Source of the DNA: Pseudomonadota bacterium
GTDB taxonomy: Bacteria > Pseudomonadota > Alphaproteobacteria > UBA2136 > JAPKEQ01
Direction of reading: 5' to 3'
NCBI GenBank assembly: GCA_036141575.1
Contig: JAYZXF010000018.1
Location: 613 to 64,612, forward strand
DNA length: 64,000 nt
This document shows positions 1-12,202 of the stretch, piece by piece. The notes beneath the pieces are model-generated. The model saw nothing but the letters and a program-made list of their open reading frames with translations, was not told the DNA's origin and did not search any database. The position numbers and the translations under genes were made by a program. The stretch's first letter is position 1. Every line of letters begins with the position of its first letter.

Positions 1-2
1 CT

Positions 3-1208
3 CTTTATATGGGTGAACTTGGCTTAGATGGTACGCTTCACCCGGTGCCAGGTGTTCTTCCAGCTGTGCTCCATGCCATGCAAAATGATATTGAGCAAGT
101 GTTTGTACCTGCAGTGAATGCACCTGAAGGGGCATGGTGTGAAGATGTTGCTGTGATGCCTGTACGTAATTTAACAGAGTTTTTAAGCCATGTTTCAGGT
201 GAGGCGCCTTTACAGCCTTTGGTGCCACAGAGTATCTCAACTCAAGATATTAAAATTCAAGACAACTTCAGTGATGTGAAAGGCCAATATGCTGCTAAGC
301 GTGCTATGGAAATAGCAGCAGCAGGTGGGCATAACCTGCTTATGTGTGGGCCTCCCGGGTCTGGTAAAAGCATGATGGCAAGCCGTTTCCCAGCTCTTCT
401 TCCAAATATGAAAACAGAAGATGTTCTTGAAACATCTATGATTCATAGTATTGCAGGACAGTTAACAGGTGGTTTGAATTTAAAACGCCCGTATAGGTCT
501 CCGCACCATAGTGCTTCGGCTGTTGCACTCAGTGGGGGTGGGCATAAAGCACTACCTGGTGAAATGTCTCTTGCGCATAAAGGTGTGCTTTTCCTGGATG
601 AGCTTCCTGAGTTTCCACGAAACGTACTTGAAACATTGAGGCAGCCTTTAGAGAGTAAAGAGATTACAGTATCTCGTGCTAATCATCATGTGACTTATCC
701 AGCATCCTTCCAGTTTATTGCTGCCATGAACCCTTGCCCTTGTGGGTATATGGGAGATGATACGCAAGTATGTCGCTGTTCTCCGCGCCAAATTGAGTCT
801 TACAGAGGTAAACTTTCAGGACCTCTTATGGATCGTATTGATCTTCATGTTGGTGTGGAGGCTGTACCCATTGACGCACTTACGGCAGGAAGCAAAGAAG
901 AGCCTACAGAGACTATAAAAGCGCGTGTTTTACGTGCAAGGCACCGCCAAGAGGAGCGCTACAAGGAAAATGGTTATAGTTGTAACGCAGAAGTAGGGGC
1001 CGGAGATGTTGAGCATTATATGCCATTATGTCAGCAAGGGCTTACTCTCTTAAACAAAGCTCATGAAAAATTTGCGGTTTCTGCTAGAAGCTTCCATAGA
1101 ATTGTCCGTGTGGCGAGAACCATTGCTGACCTTGAAGGGTGTGACGCAATTGGCCCACAGCACGTTGCTGAATCTCTAGGTTACCGCTATCGCCCCTATA
1201 CAGGATAG
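3..1208 (+). CDS. comM: ComM/YifB Mg-chelatase-like AAA+ protein, 5'-truncated by window edge
   Basis: Frame is open from the window start. Walker A GPPGSGKS, Walker B LFLDELPEF, C-terminal HRIVRVARTIADLEG typical of the YifB/ComM family. About 100 N-terminal residues are missing. Confidence 0.85.
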   Translation, partial: LYMGELGLDGTLHPVPGVLPAVLHAMQNDIEQVFVPAVNAPEGAWCEDVAVMPVRNLTEFLSHVSGEAPLQPLVPQSISTQDIKIQDNFSDVKGQYAAKRAMEIAAAGGHNLLMCGPPGSGKSMMASRFPALLPNMKTEDVLETSMIHSIAGQLTGGLNLKRPYRSPHHSASAVALSGGGHKALPGEMSLAHKGVLFLDELPEFPRNVLETLRQPLESKEITVSRANHHVTYPASFQFIAAMNPCPCGYMGDDTQVCRCSPRQIESYRGKLSGPLMDRIDLHVGVEAVPIDALTAGSKEEPTETIKARVLRARHRQEERYKENGYSCNAEVGAGDVEHYMPLCQQGLTLLNKAHEKFAVSARSFHRIVRVARTIADLEGCDAIGPQHVAESLGYRYRPYTG

Positions 1209-1231
1209 GCCTTTTCCTGCATAGTTAAAGA

Positions 1232-1699
1232 ATGCGGGTATTAGGGATCCTTTTCTTATGTTTTTTATATGTTGTACCGTCCTTTTCTGAAGGGCGCCCT
1301 TTGCCGCGTTATGCCAGCCTAAGAAGCTCAGAAGTCAATGTGCGTACAGGCCCCGGTACACAGTTTCCTATTCTTTGGGTGTATCGTCGCTCTGGATACC
1401 CCGTCAAAATTATTGCAGACTACGATTCATGGCGCCAAATTGAAGACGAAGATGGTGAGCAGGGTTGGGTCTATAAAGGGCTTCTTTCATCAACACGTAC
1501 TGTGACTGTACAAGGAGCAGAACCAGCAAGACTGTTTAGAAAGCCAGATGGTGTAACGGTTTTAAATTACCTTGAGCCAGGTGTTATTGCTTATTTGCTT
1601 CAATGTAACCCTATTCTATGTAAGGTTAAAGTGGATGGCCGTAAAGGTTGGGTGATGAAAGAGAAGCTCAGTATGGTTGAGGAGTTAAACAATGGCTAA
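1232..1699 (+). CDS. secreted SH3-like domain protein (DUF1058-type)
   Basis: N-terminal signal-like hydrophobic segment, then SSEVNVRTGPGTQFPI...GWV, a bacterial SH3 pattern. Confidence 0.6.
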   Translation: MRVLGILFLCFLYVVPSFSEGRPLPRYASLRSSEVNVRTGPGTQFPILWVYRRSGYPVKIIADYDSWRQIEDEDGEQGWVYKGLLSSTRTVTVQGAEPARLFRKPDGVTVLNYLEPGVIAYLLQCNPILCKVKVDGRKGWVMKEKLSMVEELNNG

Positions 1700-2306
1700 A
1701 ATTCAGCTGAATATCCCTCTTATGATGGCGTCTACCTCTATTTTTCGCAGGCGCATGCTAGAGGAAGTGAAACTGCCTTGTTCTTTTGAGAAACCATTGG
1801 ATGAAGAAAACGATATTAAAGGTAAGGTGAGGCATCTTCCTTTCCCTGAACAGGCATTGGCTTTAGGAGCCTACAAAGGCCAAACTTTGAGTAAAAATCA
1901 CCCAGATACTTATGTAATCTCAAGTGATCAAATGGCGGTATGTGAAGGTAAGGTTTATAGTAAACCTAAATCTTTAGAAGAGGGTGTAGAGCAGCTTATG
2001 GAGCTCTCTGGCAAAGTGGTTGAGCTTCATACCGCTGCAATCATTCAAAAGAGCTCACAGACAGTATGGTCTCATGTAGAAACCCCAAGAGTTCAAATGC
2101 GAAAATTCACCGAAACAGAGGCGCTTTCATATTTGCAAATGGAGCCAGAAGCCCTGTATTGCTGCGGAAGTTGCAAGCTTGAAGGCACTGGATGTTACCT
2201 TGTGCATTCTATTGATGGAGACCCTTATACGATTCAAGGCTTACCAGTCAACGCCCTTATTAATTGGCTCATGGAAGAAAAACATGTGGAGCTGGTTGCA
2301 TCATGA
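1692..2306 (+). CDS. maf: Maf-like nucleoside-triphosphate pyrophosphatase
   Basis: N-terminal LMMASTSIFRRRMLEEV resembles the Maf LILAS-S-RR-LL motif. Length is about 200 aa. Overlaps the upstream stop by 8 nt (ATGGCTAA). Confidence 0.7.
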   Translation: MAKIQLNIPLMMASTSIFRRRMLEEVKLPCSFEKPLDEENDIKGKVRHLPFPEQALALGAYKGQTLSKNHPDTYVISSDQMAVCEGKVYSKPKSLEEGVEQLMELSGKVVELHTAAIIQKSSQTVWSHVETPRVQMRKFTETEALSYLQMEPEALYCCGSCKLEGTGCYLVHSIDGDPYTIQGLPVNALINWLMEEKHVELVAS

Positions 2307-2902
2307 TTGTTGGGTTAACAGGTGGTATTGCAAGTGGTAAGAGTACAGTTGCACGTATTTTGAAAGAGTTTGGTGCTATTGTGTTAGATGCAGATGCTCA
2401 AGTAAGAGCTAACCAAATGATTGGTTCTGATGGGTATGAGAAGACCAAAGCCATTGTTGGCGAAGACTGTGTGTTAGAAAGCGGTGCATTTGATAGGGAA
2501 AAAATCCGAAGTAAAATTTTAAAAGATTCTACTATTCTTGACGCTCTTGAGGATAACCTTCATCCAATTGTCAGAGATTATTATGCAAAAGCCCTTAAAG
2601 ATGTAGATACAAAAAATGATCTCGTTATTTTAGATGTGCCATTACTGATTGGTTACCCTACAGAGCTCTTGTGTGAAAAGATTGTTGTGACTATTTGTGC
2701 GGATGAAGAGGAGCGTAAAAAGCGTGCTTTTGACCGTGGCGGTATGTCAGAAGAGTGGTGGCAGTTTATTACCTCACGTCAACTCACAGCAGATCAGTTT
2801 AGAGATCGAGCGGATTATGTCATTCCGACAGAGTGTTCTATGGATGAAACCAAAGAGCATGTGAGGAAACTGATAAGCTTACTTACCAATACAGAAGCTT
2901 GA
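2303..2902 (+). CDS. coaE: dephospho-CoA kinase
   Basis: MIVGLTGGIASGKST P-loop at the N-terminus. ATGA start/stop overlap with maf. The longer ORF-track start at 2264 is unlikely. Confidence 0.85.
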   Translation: MIVGLTGGIASGKSTVARILKEFGAIVLDADAQVRANQMIGSDGYEKTKAIVGEDCVLESGAFDREKIRSKILKDSTILDALEDNLHPIVRDYYAKALKDVDTKNDLVILDVPLLIGYPTELLCEKIVVTICADEEERKKRAFDRGGMSEEWWQFITSRQLTADQFRDRADYVIPTECSMDETKEHVRKLISLLTNTEA

Positions 2903-4240
2903 GAAGACCACGTCTAGCACGTCCTCACTACCAGTTTTCCCTGTAATATCTCCAATAGAGTGTGCCGCCTCACGTAAGTCTTGTGCGATGAGATCGCTCA
3001 AGCTGTAACGCGCATCAGAAGCGTTTTGCAAAACTGAAAGGGCGCGATCAAGGTGAGAAACTGCAAGCTCAGCAGCCTTTCTGTGACGTTCCCTGGTAAT
3101 GAGTTGGCTATTCATATGGGCGCCATACTCTTTTTGAATCATAACTTCAAGTTCTTTAAGAATGACAGTCAGTGCAGTTTTTTCAGTAAGGTTTTCAAAA
3201 ATGGAAACACCTGTTTCAGGTAAAGTGACATCACCTGATTGATCTTTCTTAGAGAAGACAGTAAGGAGTTTATCTTTTTTGTGTTCTGGAACTTTATCCA
3301 AAACAGAGAGGTCCATATCATCTGCAGCAATAACCGCAATAATCAGATCCGCTGAAGAGATACGCGCTTCTGCTTTTTCAACACCGATTTTTTCAATCAC
3401 ATCTTCTGTTTCACGAATACCTGCGGTATCTGCAATCGTTACAGGGAACCCGCCAATGTTAAGTCTTTTCTCAACCACGTCGCGCGTTGTTCCTGCAATA
3501 GGGCTAACAATAGCAGTGTCCTCACCTGTCAGAAGGTTAAGGAGTGTAGATTTACCAGCATTAGGCTTCCCGACAATACTGAGGGTAAACCCGTCACGCA
3601 CACGCTCACCAAAGTTATTATTTAGGGCTGAAGTGAGTGTGTTGTGCATGGCTTCAATTTTTTGTCTCACGCCTGCATCTTCTAAAACATCAATTTCCTC
3701 ATCTGGAAAATCAATAGCTGCTTCAACGTGAGCCAGCATATGTAGGATATCTGAGCGCCAGCCTTCAAATAGAGATGTGCTTTCTCCCTTAAGTTGGGTG
3801 AGAGCTTGTTTACGTTGAGCTTCTGTTTCACTGGCAACAATATCTGCAATACCTTCAGCTTGCAGGAGACTCATTTTTCCGTTCATAAAAGCACGACGGC
3901 TAAATTCACCCTGAACTGCAGGACGAACATGTTCATGCGCACACAGCGTTGTCATAATTTTTTCAATAACAGCCATACCACCATGACAGTGAATTTCAAC
4001 AACATCTTCACCTGTAAAGGAGTTTGGACCTTTAAAAGCAAGCACAAGAACTTGGTCAATTTCTTCGCCTGAATCATCTTTAAGTGTACAGTAATGAGCA
4101 TGCCTTGGTTTAAGGCTACTTGTAACACTGACCTTATTTAAGGCATCAAGGGCGTGTGGGCCTGAAAGACGTAGAATAGCAACCCCTGCGGCAAGAGGGG
4201 CAGTAGCAAGTGCGATAATCGTTTTAGAGTCATGTAGCAT
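2879..4240 (-). CDS. mnmE: tRNA modification GTPase MnmE
   Basis: G-domain GKPNAGKSTLLN and DTAG, C-terminal FCIGK tetrapeptide. ATG at 4240 preferred over TTG at 4276; the start is uncertain. Confidence 0.9.
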   Translation of the reverse strand: MLHDSKTIIALATAPLAAGVAILRLSGPHALDALNKVSVTSSLKPRHAHYCTLKDDSGEEIDQVLVLAFKGPNSFTGEDVVEIHCHGGMAVIEKIMTTLCAHEHVRPAVQGEFSRRAFMNGKMSLLQAEGIADIVASETEAQRKQALTQLKGESTSLFEGWRSDILHMLAHVEAAIDFPDEEIDVLEDAGVRQKIEAMHNTLTSALNNNFGERVRDGFTLSIVGKPNAGKSTLLNLLTGEDTAIVSPIAGTTRDVVEKRLNIGGFPVTIADTAGIRETEDVIEKIGVEKAEARISSADLIIAVIAADDMDLSVLDKVPEHKKDKLLTVFSKKDQSGDVTLPETGVSIFENLTEKTALTVILKELEVMIQKEYGAHMNSQLITRERHRKAAELAVSHLDRALSVLQNASDARYSLSDLIAQDLREAAHSIGDITGKTGSEDVLDVVFSSFCIGK

Positions 4241-4299
4241 GCCTTGTGTTATAAAGAGATTTGTGTTTGTATGCAACCTTTAATGAAAGAGTTTAATGG

Positions 4300-5121
4300 A
4301 TGCCAGAGCTGCCTGAAGTAGAAACCGTTATGCGCGGTATGGAAAAAGAGATGTTAGGAAAAACCCTAGATAGGGTTGCTGTACATATTCCTAAACTTCG
4401 TTGGGAGGTTCCTGTTGAACTTAAAAGCATTAAAAATGAAAAAGTTAAAGCATTTAAACGCCGCTCTAAATACGTACTTATTTATTTGGAGAGTGGGCGT
4501 ATTATCATTATCCACCTTGGAATGAGTGGCCGTATACTGTTTGGAAGTGAAAAATCGCATACAAAACAAAAGCATGACCATATAGTGTTCTATTTTGGGA
4601 ATGAGCAAGTTGCCATTTATAATGATCCAAGGCGCTTTGGTATGGTGGACTTAGTTGATGAAAAGGCTCTTGATGACAGCCATTATATGAAAACCTTAGG
4701 CCCTGAGCCTCTAGGTAATTGTTTTACAAAAGATTACTTCTATAAAACCCTACAAAATAGCCGTTTAGCGATAAAAACAGCTATTATGCAACCAAGGGTG
4801 GTTGTTGGGGTCGGTAATATCTATGCAAGTGAGTCTTTGTTTGCTGCTGGGTTAGACCCAAGGATACCTGCAGGAAGTTTAACACAGGCTCAGATGGATA
4901 CATTGCATACATGCATTGTAGAGACTTTAAAGGATGCCATTGAAGCAGGTGGCTCTACTTTGAAGGACTATGTTCAGGCAGATGGGTCACTTGGTTATTT
5001 TCAACACTCCTTTAAGGTATATGGGCGTGAAGGGGAGCCATGTAAGACTTGTAAAAGCCCTATAAACAAGGTAGTTTTAAACCAAAGGAGCACGTTCTAC
5101 TGCCCTAAATGTCAAATATAA
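4300..5121 (+). CDS. mutM: formamidopyrimidine-DNA glycosylase
   Basis: N-terminal MPELPEVE and a C-terminal zinc finger CKTC...CPKC. Confidence 0.9.
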   Translation: MPELPEVETVMRGMEKEMLGKTLDRVAVHIPKLRWEVPVELKSIKNEKVKAFKRRSKYVLIYLESGRIIIIHLGMSGRILFGSEKSHTKQKHDHIVFYFGNEQVAIYNDPRRFGMVDLVDEKALDDSHYMKTLGPEPLGNCFTKDYFYKTLQNSRLAIKTAIMQPRVVVGVGNIYASESLFAAGLDPRIPAGSLTQAQMDTLHTCIVETLKDAIEAGGSTLKDYVQADGSLGYFQHSFKVYGREGEPCKTCKSPINKVVLNQRSTFYCPKCQI

Positions 5122-5216
5122 TGAACGACTTAATTTAGGTGAGTGTTTATTTACTTACAGTTTTGGCGAAATATGACCATGGGTTGTGCCCGTATAAAGA
5201 AAGAAAAATAGTTTAA

Positions 5217-6260
5217 ATGAAGACAGAGCGTATTCTTGCTATTGAGAGTTCATGTGATGAAACCGCAGTTGCACTTGTTGATGTATCAATAAGTGATGAA
5301 GGTGTATTCACAAGTTCGGTGATCTCAAGCAATGTTCTGAGTCAAATTGATACCCATCGCGCATATGGGGGCGTTATACCAGAAGTTGCATCAAGGGAGC
5401 ACTATGAAGCCCTCTCAGGGTTAGTTAAGAATTGTATTCAATCTGCGAGTGTTGAGTTGAATACAATTTCTAGAGTGGCAGCAACAGTTTCACCTGGTCT
5501 TGTGGGTGGGCTTTTGGTTGGAAGCGTCTATGCAAAAAACTATGCCTTTGGTTTGGGTGTGCCTTTTTCAGGTATAAACCATATTGAGGGGCATGTGCTT
5601 ACTGTTGGCTTAACAGATGAACGCCAGCCTCCTTATTTGGTACTTCTTGTTTCTGGTGGGCATTGCCAATTTGTTTCGGTAAAGGGTATTGGTGAGTATG
5701 AGCTTATTGGTAAGACTGTGGATGACTCTGTAGGAGAGTGCTTTGATAAAGTTGCTCAAATGTTGAATCTTCCATATCCGGGAGGCCCTGAAATTGAAAA
5801 GCTTGCCATGAATGGCAACCCTGAAGCTTACGAGTTACCAAAACCAATGCTCCATAATGGTCTGGATTTTTCATTTTCTGGTTTGAAGACAGCTGTGCGT
5901 CAATTGATTGACTCTGTAGATATGACAGAGGAAGTAAAGACTGATATCTGCGCGTCTTTCCAACAAACAGTCGCTGACCTATTTGCACATAAGCTTAAAA
6001 AAGCTCTTAAAGAAACAGGCCACAATGCTTGTGTGGTTGCTGGTGGTGTTGCGGCAAATAAAACAATTCGTGCAGCGCTTGATACAGTGTGTCAAAATAA
6101 TGAAGCTAAATTTATCGCGCCTCCGCTTAAGCTTTGTACAGATAATGCGGAGATGATTGCCTATACAGCGGGTGTGCGCGCACTGCTTGGTGCTGAAGAC
6201 TCAGAAGCTGCTGTAAAGCCACGTTGGCCATTAGAAGATATGAACTGGAGATATGCCTAA
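5217..6260 (+). CDS. tsaD: tRNA N6-threonylcarbamoyladenosine transferase TsaD
   Basis: SSCDETA, HIEGH and GGVAAN motifs. Confidence 0.9.
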   Translation: MKTERILAIESSCDETAVALVDVSISDEGVFTSSVISSNVLSQIDTHRAYGGVIPEVASREHYEALSGLVKNCIQSASVELNTISRVAATVSPGLVGGLLVGSVYAKNYAFGLGVPFSGINHIEGHVLTVGLTDERQPPYLVLLVSGGHCQFVSVKGIGEYELIGKTVDDSVGECFDKVAQMLNLPYPGGPEIEKLAMNGNPEAYELPKPMLHNGLDFSFSGLKTAVRQLIDSVDMTEEVKTDICASFQQTVADLFAHKLKKALKETGHNACVVAGGVAANKTIRAALDTVCQNNEAKFIAPPLKLCTDNAEMIAYTAGVRALLGAEDSEAAVKPRWPLEDMNWRYA

Positions 6261-7270
6261 TGAAAGTTGCTGTGATTGGAGCTGGGCAATTTGGTGTTGC
6301 ACTTGCCCATGAGCTTGCGCTTTCAGGTCATCATGTAAATTTATATGGTAGAGATAGGGATGTGTTTTTAACATGGTCCTCAAATGGTAAGTTTACCGGC
6401 CTATATGATGATCTTAGCCTTCCACGTCTTCTATCATTAAGTACTGACATGTCAGATGCGATTCGTGATGTGGATGTCATTTTATCTGTGGTGCCTTGTG
6501 CGGCAAACAGATCTATCGCTTTACAATTGGCACCGCTTTTAAATGAAGGACAGAAGGTTGTTCTCTGTTCTAAAGGGTTTGCTAATGAACGTGGAGATTT
6601 TCTGACAGATCTATGGAAAAGGCACGGTGTTCCAGAAGAACAGCTTCTTGTGCTTTCAGGCCCTGGCTTTGCAAAGGAAATTATTGATGGACAACCAACT
6701 TGCGTGTCACTTGCCTGCACAGATAAAAAGAACCTGCTTTCAGTAGGCTCTTTATTTTCTGGTCGTAAATTTAGACTGTATTACACAACAGATATTATTG
6801 GTGTGCAGGTTGCTGGCGCCATGAAGAACGTATTTGCTATTCTTGCAGGCCTTGTAAAAGGTTTAGGTTATGGGGACAACGCTTCTGCGGCGCTCTTGAC
6901 GATGGGCCTTAGAGAAATGAGCATGGTTGTTGAAGCTCTTAAAGGAAAAAGAGAAACCCTTCTTGGGTTTTCTGGTGTAGGGGATCTTCTTCTAACTGCG
7001 ACATCTCTGCAATCACGGAATACGCAATTTGGTGTAGCCCTCGCTAAATATGCAGATAAGGATAAAGCCGTTGCTGAAGTTGGTGCTACAATTGAAGGGA
7101 TTGCGACTGTGGAGAAGAGTTTAGCGCTTGCGAGCCGTCTAAGCCTCAACCTTCCACTTGTGGAAGGTGTACATAGTGTGATTAGAGGGTATATAAAGGC
7201 AGAAGATCTTATTGATATTCTGTTTGATCAGGTAAGAGAGTTTGAGACACATGAAAAGAATCCTATTTAG
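6260..7270 (+). CDS. gpsA: NAD(P)H-dependent glycerol-3-phosphate dehydrogenase
   Basis: MKVAVIGAGQFG Rossmann start at a TAATG overlap with tsaD; AGAMKNV motif. Confidence 0.85.
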   Translation: MKVAVIGAGQFGVALAHELALSGHHVNLYGRDRDVFLTWSSNGKFTGLYDDLSLPRLLSLSTDMSDAIRDVDVILSVVPCAANRSIALQLAPLLNEGQKVVLCSKGFANERGDFLTDLWKRHGVPEEQLLVLSGPGFAKEIIDGQPTCVSLACTDKKNLLSVGSLFSGRKFRLYYTTDIIGVQVAGAMKNVFAILAGLVKGLGYGDNASAALLTMGLREMSMVVEALKGKRETLLGFSGVGDLLLTATSLQSRNTQFGVALAKYADKDKAVAEVGATIEGIATVEKSLALASRLSLNLPLVEGVHSVIRGYIKAEDLIDILFDQVREFETHEKNPI

Positions 7271-8030
7271 CATCTTAGCAGTTAACCTTGTTTGGAACTT
7301 TAGCGCTGCCGCTCAAATTAGCTTAGATGAAGAGTTGGTTGATAAAACGGCTCAGGAAACATCTAAAATTACAATTCGCGTTCTTTTTGAGGGGGAGAAC
7401 TTTCCTTCTTATACGTGGGATGTGCCGCAGCCTCAAAAGCCGATTCTTTTTACATGGTTAAAAGACATGGCTCGTGGCGATATTGATCGTGATCCTGTTT
7501 TGGCTGTGCATGGTAAAGTAAAAGAGTATCGTGGCCTTGAGATAGAATTCTTTGATTATGATGGCGGTAAACTTGAAACGATTACACTTTATAACGAGCT
7601 TGTGAAGAATGACTTTGGCGATATTCTTTTCCGTGATCTTGGCCGTTACTTTGAATACTGGGTGTGGAGTACAACAGATGTATTTGAGCTCCAAGATGTT
7701 GCAGCAAAAGTTCTCCCTATTTATGCGTTTGAGCAGTGCTTACGCCTAGGTAATCCTATTATTGAGACATACCCACGCCAGTGTTTGCTTGCTGATGGTG
7801 ATATCTTCCTTGAAGTAAATGAAAAACCAACGCTAGAAGCGCTTCTGATTAATAACTTTGATGATTGTTTAGAGAAGGGGCAGGCTTTGATTAACACCTT
7901 CCCACGCCGTTGTGTTGCAGCTGGTGGTCACGTTTATACTGAACCTCCACGTCTTTTCACAACAACGAAGCGTCGTGAAAACACAGATAAGAAGAAGCCA
8001 GAAGGCCGGGACATCTATAAGTTAAACTAG
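7251..8030 (+). CDS. secreted hypothetical protein with a duplicated Cys-pair motif
   Basis: Signal peptide MKRILFSILAVNLVWNFSAAAQ. Two copies of F-[ED]-x-C-L-x-x-G-x(3)-I-x-T-[YF]-P-R-[QR]-C. No family recognised. Confidence 0.5.
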   Translation: MKRILFSILAVNLVWNFSAAAQISLDEELVDKTAQETSKITIRVLFEGENFPSYTWDVPQPQKPILFTWLKDMARGDIDRDPVLAVHGKVKEYRGLEIEFFDYDGGKLETITLYNELVKNDFGDILFRDLGRYFEYWVWSTTDVFELQDVAAKVLPIYAFEQCLRLGNPIIETYPRQCLLADGDIFLEVNEKPTLEALLINNFDDCLEKGQALINTFPRRCVAAGGHVYTEPPRLFTTTKRRENTDKKKPEGRDIYKLN

Positions 8031-8047
8031 ATGATTAGATAAAGAGA

Positions 8048-8074
8048 AGCGCCCGTAAAGGGCGCTTTCTTTTG
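8048..8074. terminator. bidirectional rho-independent terminator between the secreted-protein gene and gyrB
   Basis: Stem agcgccc / gggcgct with loop gtaaa, followed by a T-run on the + strand. Confidence 0.75.
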
Positions 8075-8087
8075 TAGGCGTAAGGGA

Positions 8088-10583
<2,496 letters not shown>

Positions 10584-10673
10584 TTACATAGGCTAAAAAT
10601 ATAGCACAAACGGCTAAAATTCGCTTTTAAAAAAGCAAAAAAGAGACGGAAAAACAGAGGTTTTGCCTAAAAA

Positions 10674-11738
10674 TTAGTCAAGAGTGAGGGTGCCGTTCTC
10701 AACTTTGCAGAAAAGGGCGTCGGAAATGTTCTCAAAAGCGGCTTTTTCAGTCCCTGTCATCCAGATTTGCGCACCGTATTTTGTGAGGGCTTCGAGCATC
10801 ATGTTTTTATTCTCTGCATCAAGGTGTGCAACAAACTCATCAAGTAGAATAAGGGGTGCGTTACCTTTTTGTTTATGGAGGAGCTCCGCGTGAGCTAGAA
10901 GCACATCAAGCAGTGCTTTTTTGTGCTGCCCTGTCGAGGTGCGGTTGAGCCTGTTACCTGCTGGTAGGAATGTGCCAACCACATCTGTGCGGTGTGTGCC
11001 AAAGTGTGTGCTTTGGTAAATGCTGTCACGCTTTCTGTGGCTTTGCCATTTGCTGGCAATATCTGTAGCACCCATACCTTCTAGAATAAATTTATGGAGT
11101 GGACATTCAAGTTCGAGTTCTACAAGAGAGAGAGTTTCAGCAAGGGCCTCAAAGTAATTCTTACGGTTGATAGCAATCTGGTAAGCAAGCTCGCTCGCCA
11201 TGTGCTCTTCAGCGCCAATCCAATCGCTGTCTGCGTTTTCTTTAAGAAGTTTAAGACGATTTTTAATGTGGGTTTTGTAACGGTTGATAAGCGCACCATG
11301 GTTTGGGTAAAGTCCAAAAACGAGGCGATCAAAGAAATCACGTCTTGGCGCAGCGCCATCATGGAAGAGGCGATCATACCTTGGAGTAAACCAAACAATA
11401 TGGCCGAGCCGTGTGAGGTCTGTTTGATGCTCTACAATATCTCCGTCCAGCATAATCTTACGGTCTTTGCCATCATAGGACATGCCGAGAGAGAAAGATT
11501 CTTCCCCACCTGTAAGTTCACTGTATAGGCCCCAAGAGAGGGAACCATCTTGGACTTGTTCAGCGCGTTTGGCTTTATGGATACCAAAGCCTGGTGAAAG
11601 AAGAGAGAGGGCTTCTAAGATGTTTGTTTTGCCGGCACCGTTTTCCCCGTACAACACAACATGGGATTTCCCTTCTGTTTGAAGGTCCAAACTTTCAAAG
11701 TTTCTAAATGTTGTGAGTTTAAGGGTGTTAATATGCAT
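10674..11738 (-). CDS. recF: DNA replication/repair protein RecF
   Basis: GENGAGKTN Walker A; lies upstream of gyrB as in many bacteria. Confidence 0.9.
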   Translation of the reverse strand: MHINTLKLTTFRNFESLDLQTEGKSHVVLYGENGAGKTNILEALSLLSPGFGIHKAKRAEQVQDGSLSWGLYSELTGGEESFSLGMSYDGKDRKIMLDGDIVEHQTDLTRLGHIVWFTPRYDRLFHDGAAPRRDFFDRLVFGLYPNHGALINRYKTHIKNRLKLLKENADSDWIGAEEHMASELAYQIAINRKNYFEALAETLSLVELELECPLHKFILEGMGATDIASKWQSHRKRDSIYQSTHFGTHRTDVVGTFLPAGNRLNRTSTGQHKKALLDVLLAHAELLHKQKGNAPLILLDEFVAHLDAENKNMMLEALTKYGAQIWMTGTEKAAFENISDALFCKVENGTLTLD

Positions 11739-11760
11739 AGAGGCACTGTAACAAAAGCAG

Positions 11761-11793
11761 CCGTATAAGCAAAGCCCCGCAAACTGCGGGGCT
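11761..11793 (-). terminator. hairpin terminator after the small two-TM gene
   Basis: Stem agccccgc / gcggggct with loop aaact; a short T-rich tail on the minus strand. Confidence 0.55.
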
Positions 11794-11804
11794 TTAAATA
11801 TCGA

Positions 11805-12113
11805 TTAAAAGAGAAAGGCACAAAAAATCAGCAGGCCAATCACAGCAAGGGCTTTTTGCAGTCGAGGCTGAAGCTTTGTTTCAACTTCTTTCAGCATATC
11901 TTTGAGCATTTCAAGAACCTCTTCTTGAGACAGCTCGCGCCCTTCCTTTTGTTCAAGAGCTTTTTTGAGTTGAGTGAATTCCTCATCGTCTTCTTTGATG
12001 ATGTTTGGGTCGGTAATGTATTTTGCACCAAATTTTATGGTTTTAATGCCAGCCCATACAAAGAATGCGTAGATCGCAGCACAAAGTGCAAGAATGATAA
12101 ATAATGTGGTCAT
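11805..12113 (-). CDS. small membrane protein (N- and C-terminal TM segments, charged coiled middle)
   Basis: ATG at 12113 is preceded by GGAGG 6 nt upstream. MTTLFIILALCAAIYAFFVWAG ... ALAVIGLLIFCAFLF. No family recognised. Confidence 0.5.
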   Translation of the reverse strand: MTTLFIILALCAAIYAFFVWAGIKTIKFGAKYITDPNIIKEDDEEFTQLKKALEQKEGRELSQEEVLEMLKDMLKEVETKLQPRLQKALAVIGLLIFCAFLF

Positions 12114-12142
12114 GATAACCTCCAAAAGGAAAGAATAAAGAT

Positions 12143-12175
12143 ATAAATCAAAACCACCCTAACAGAGTAGGGTGG
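12143..12175 (-). terminator. rho-independent terminator after the VirB11-like ATPase gene
   Basis: Stem ccaccct / agggtgg followed by TTTTGATTT on the minus strand. Confidence 0.7.
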
Positions 12176-12202
12176 CTTATCAAGTATAAATCAGCTTTTA
12201 AA

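Noticed and set aside
10655-10664. Shared 10-mer cagaggtttt (with flanking aaaa) upstream of gyrB and at 34090-34099, suggesting a fourth repeat copy; also ttttcgcaag at 34096-34105 and about 34773-34782.
   Set aside because: The matches are too short and AT-rich to distinguish from chance without genome-wide statistics. No extended collinearity is visible around them.
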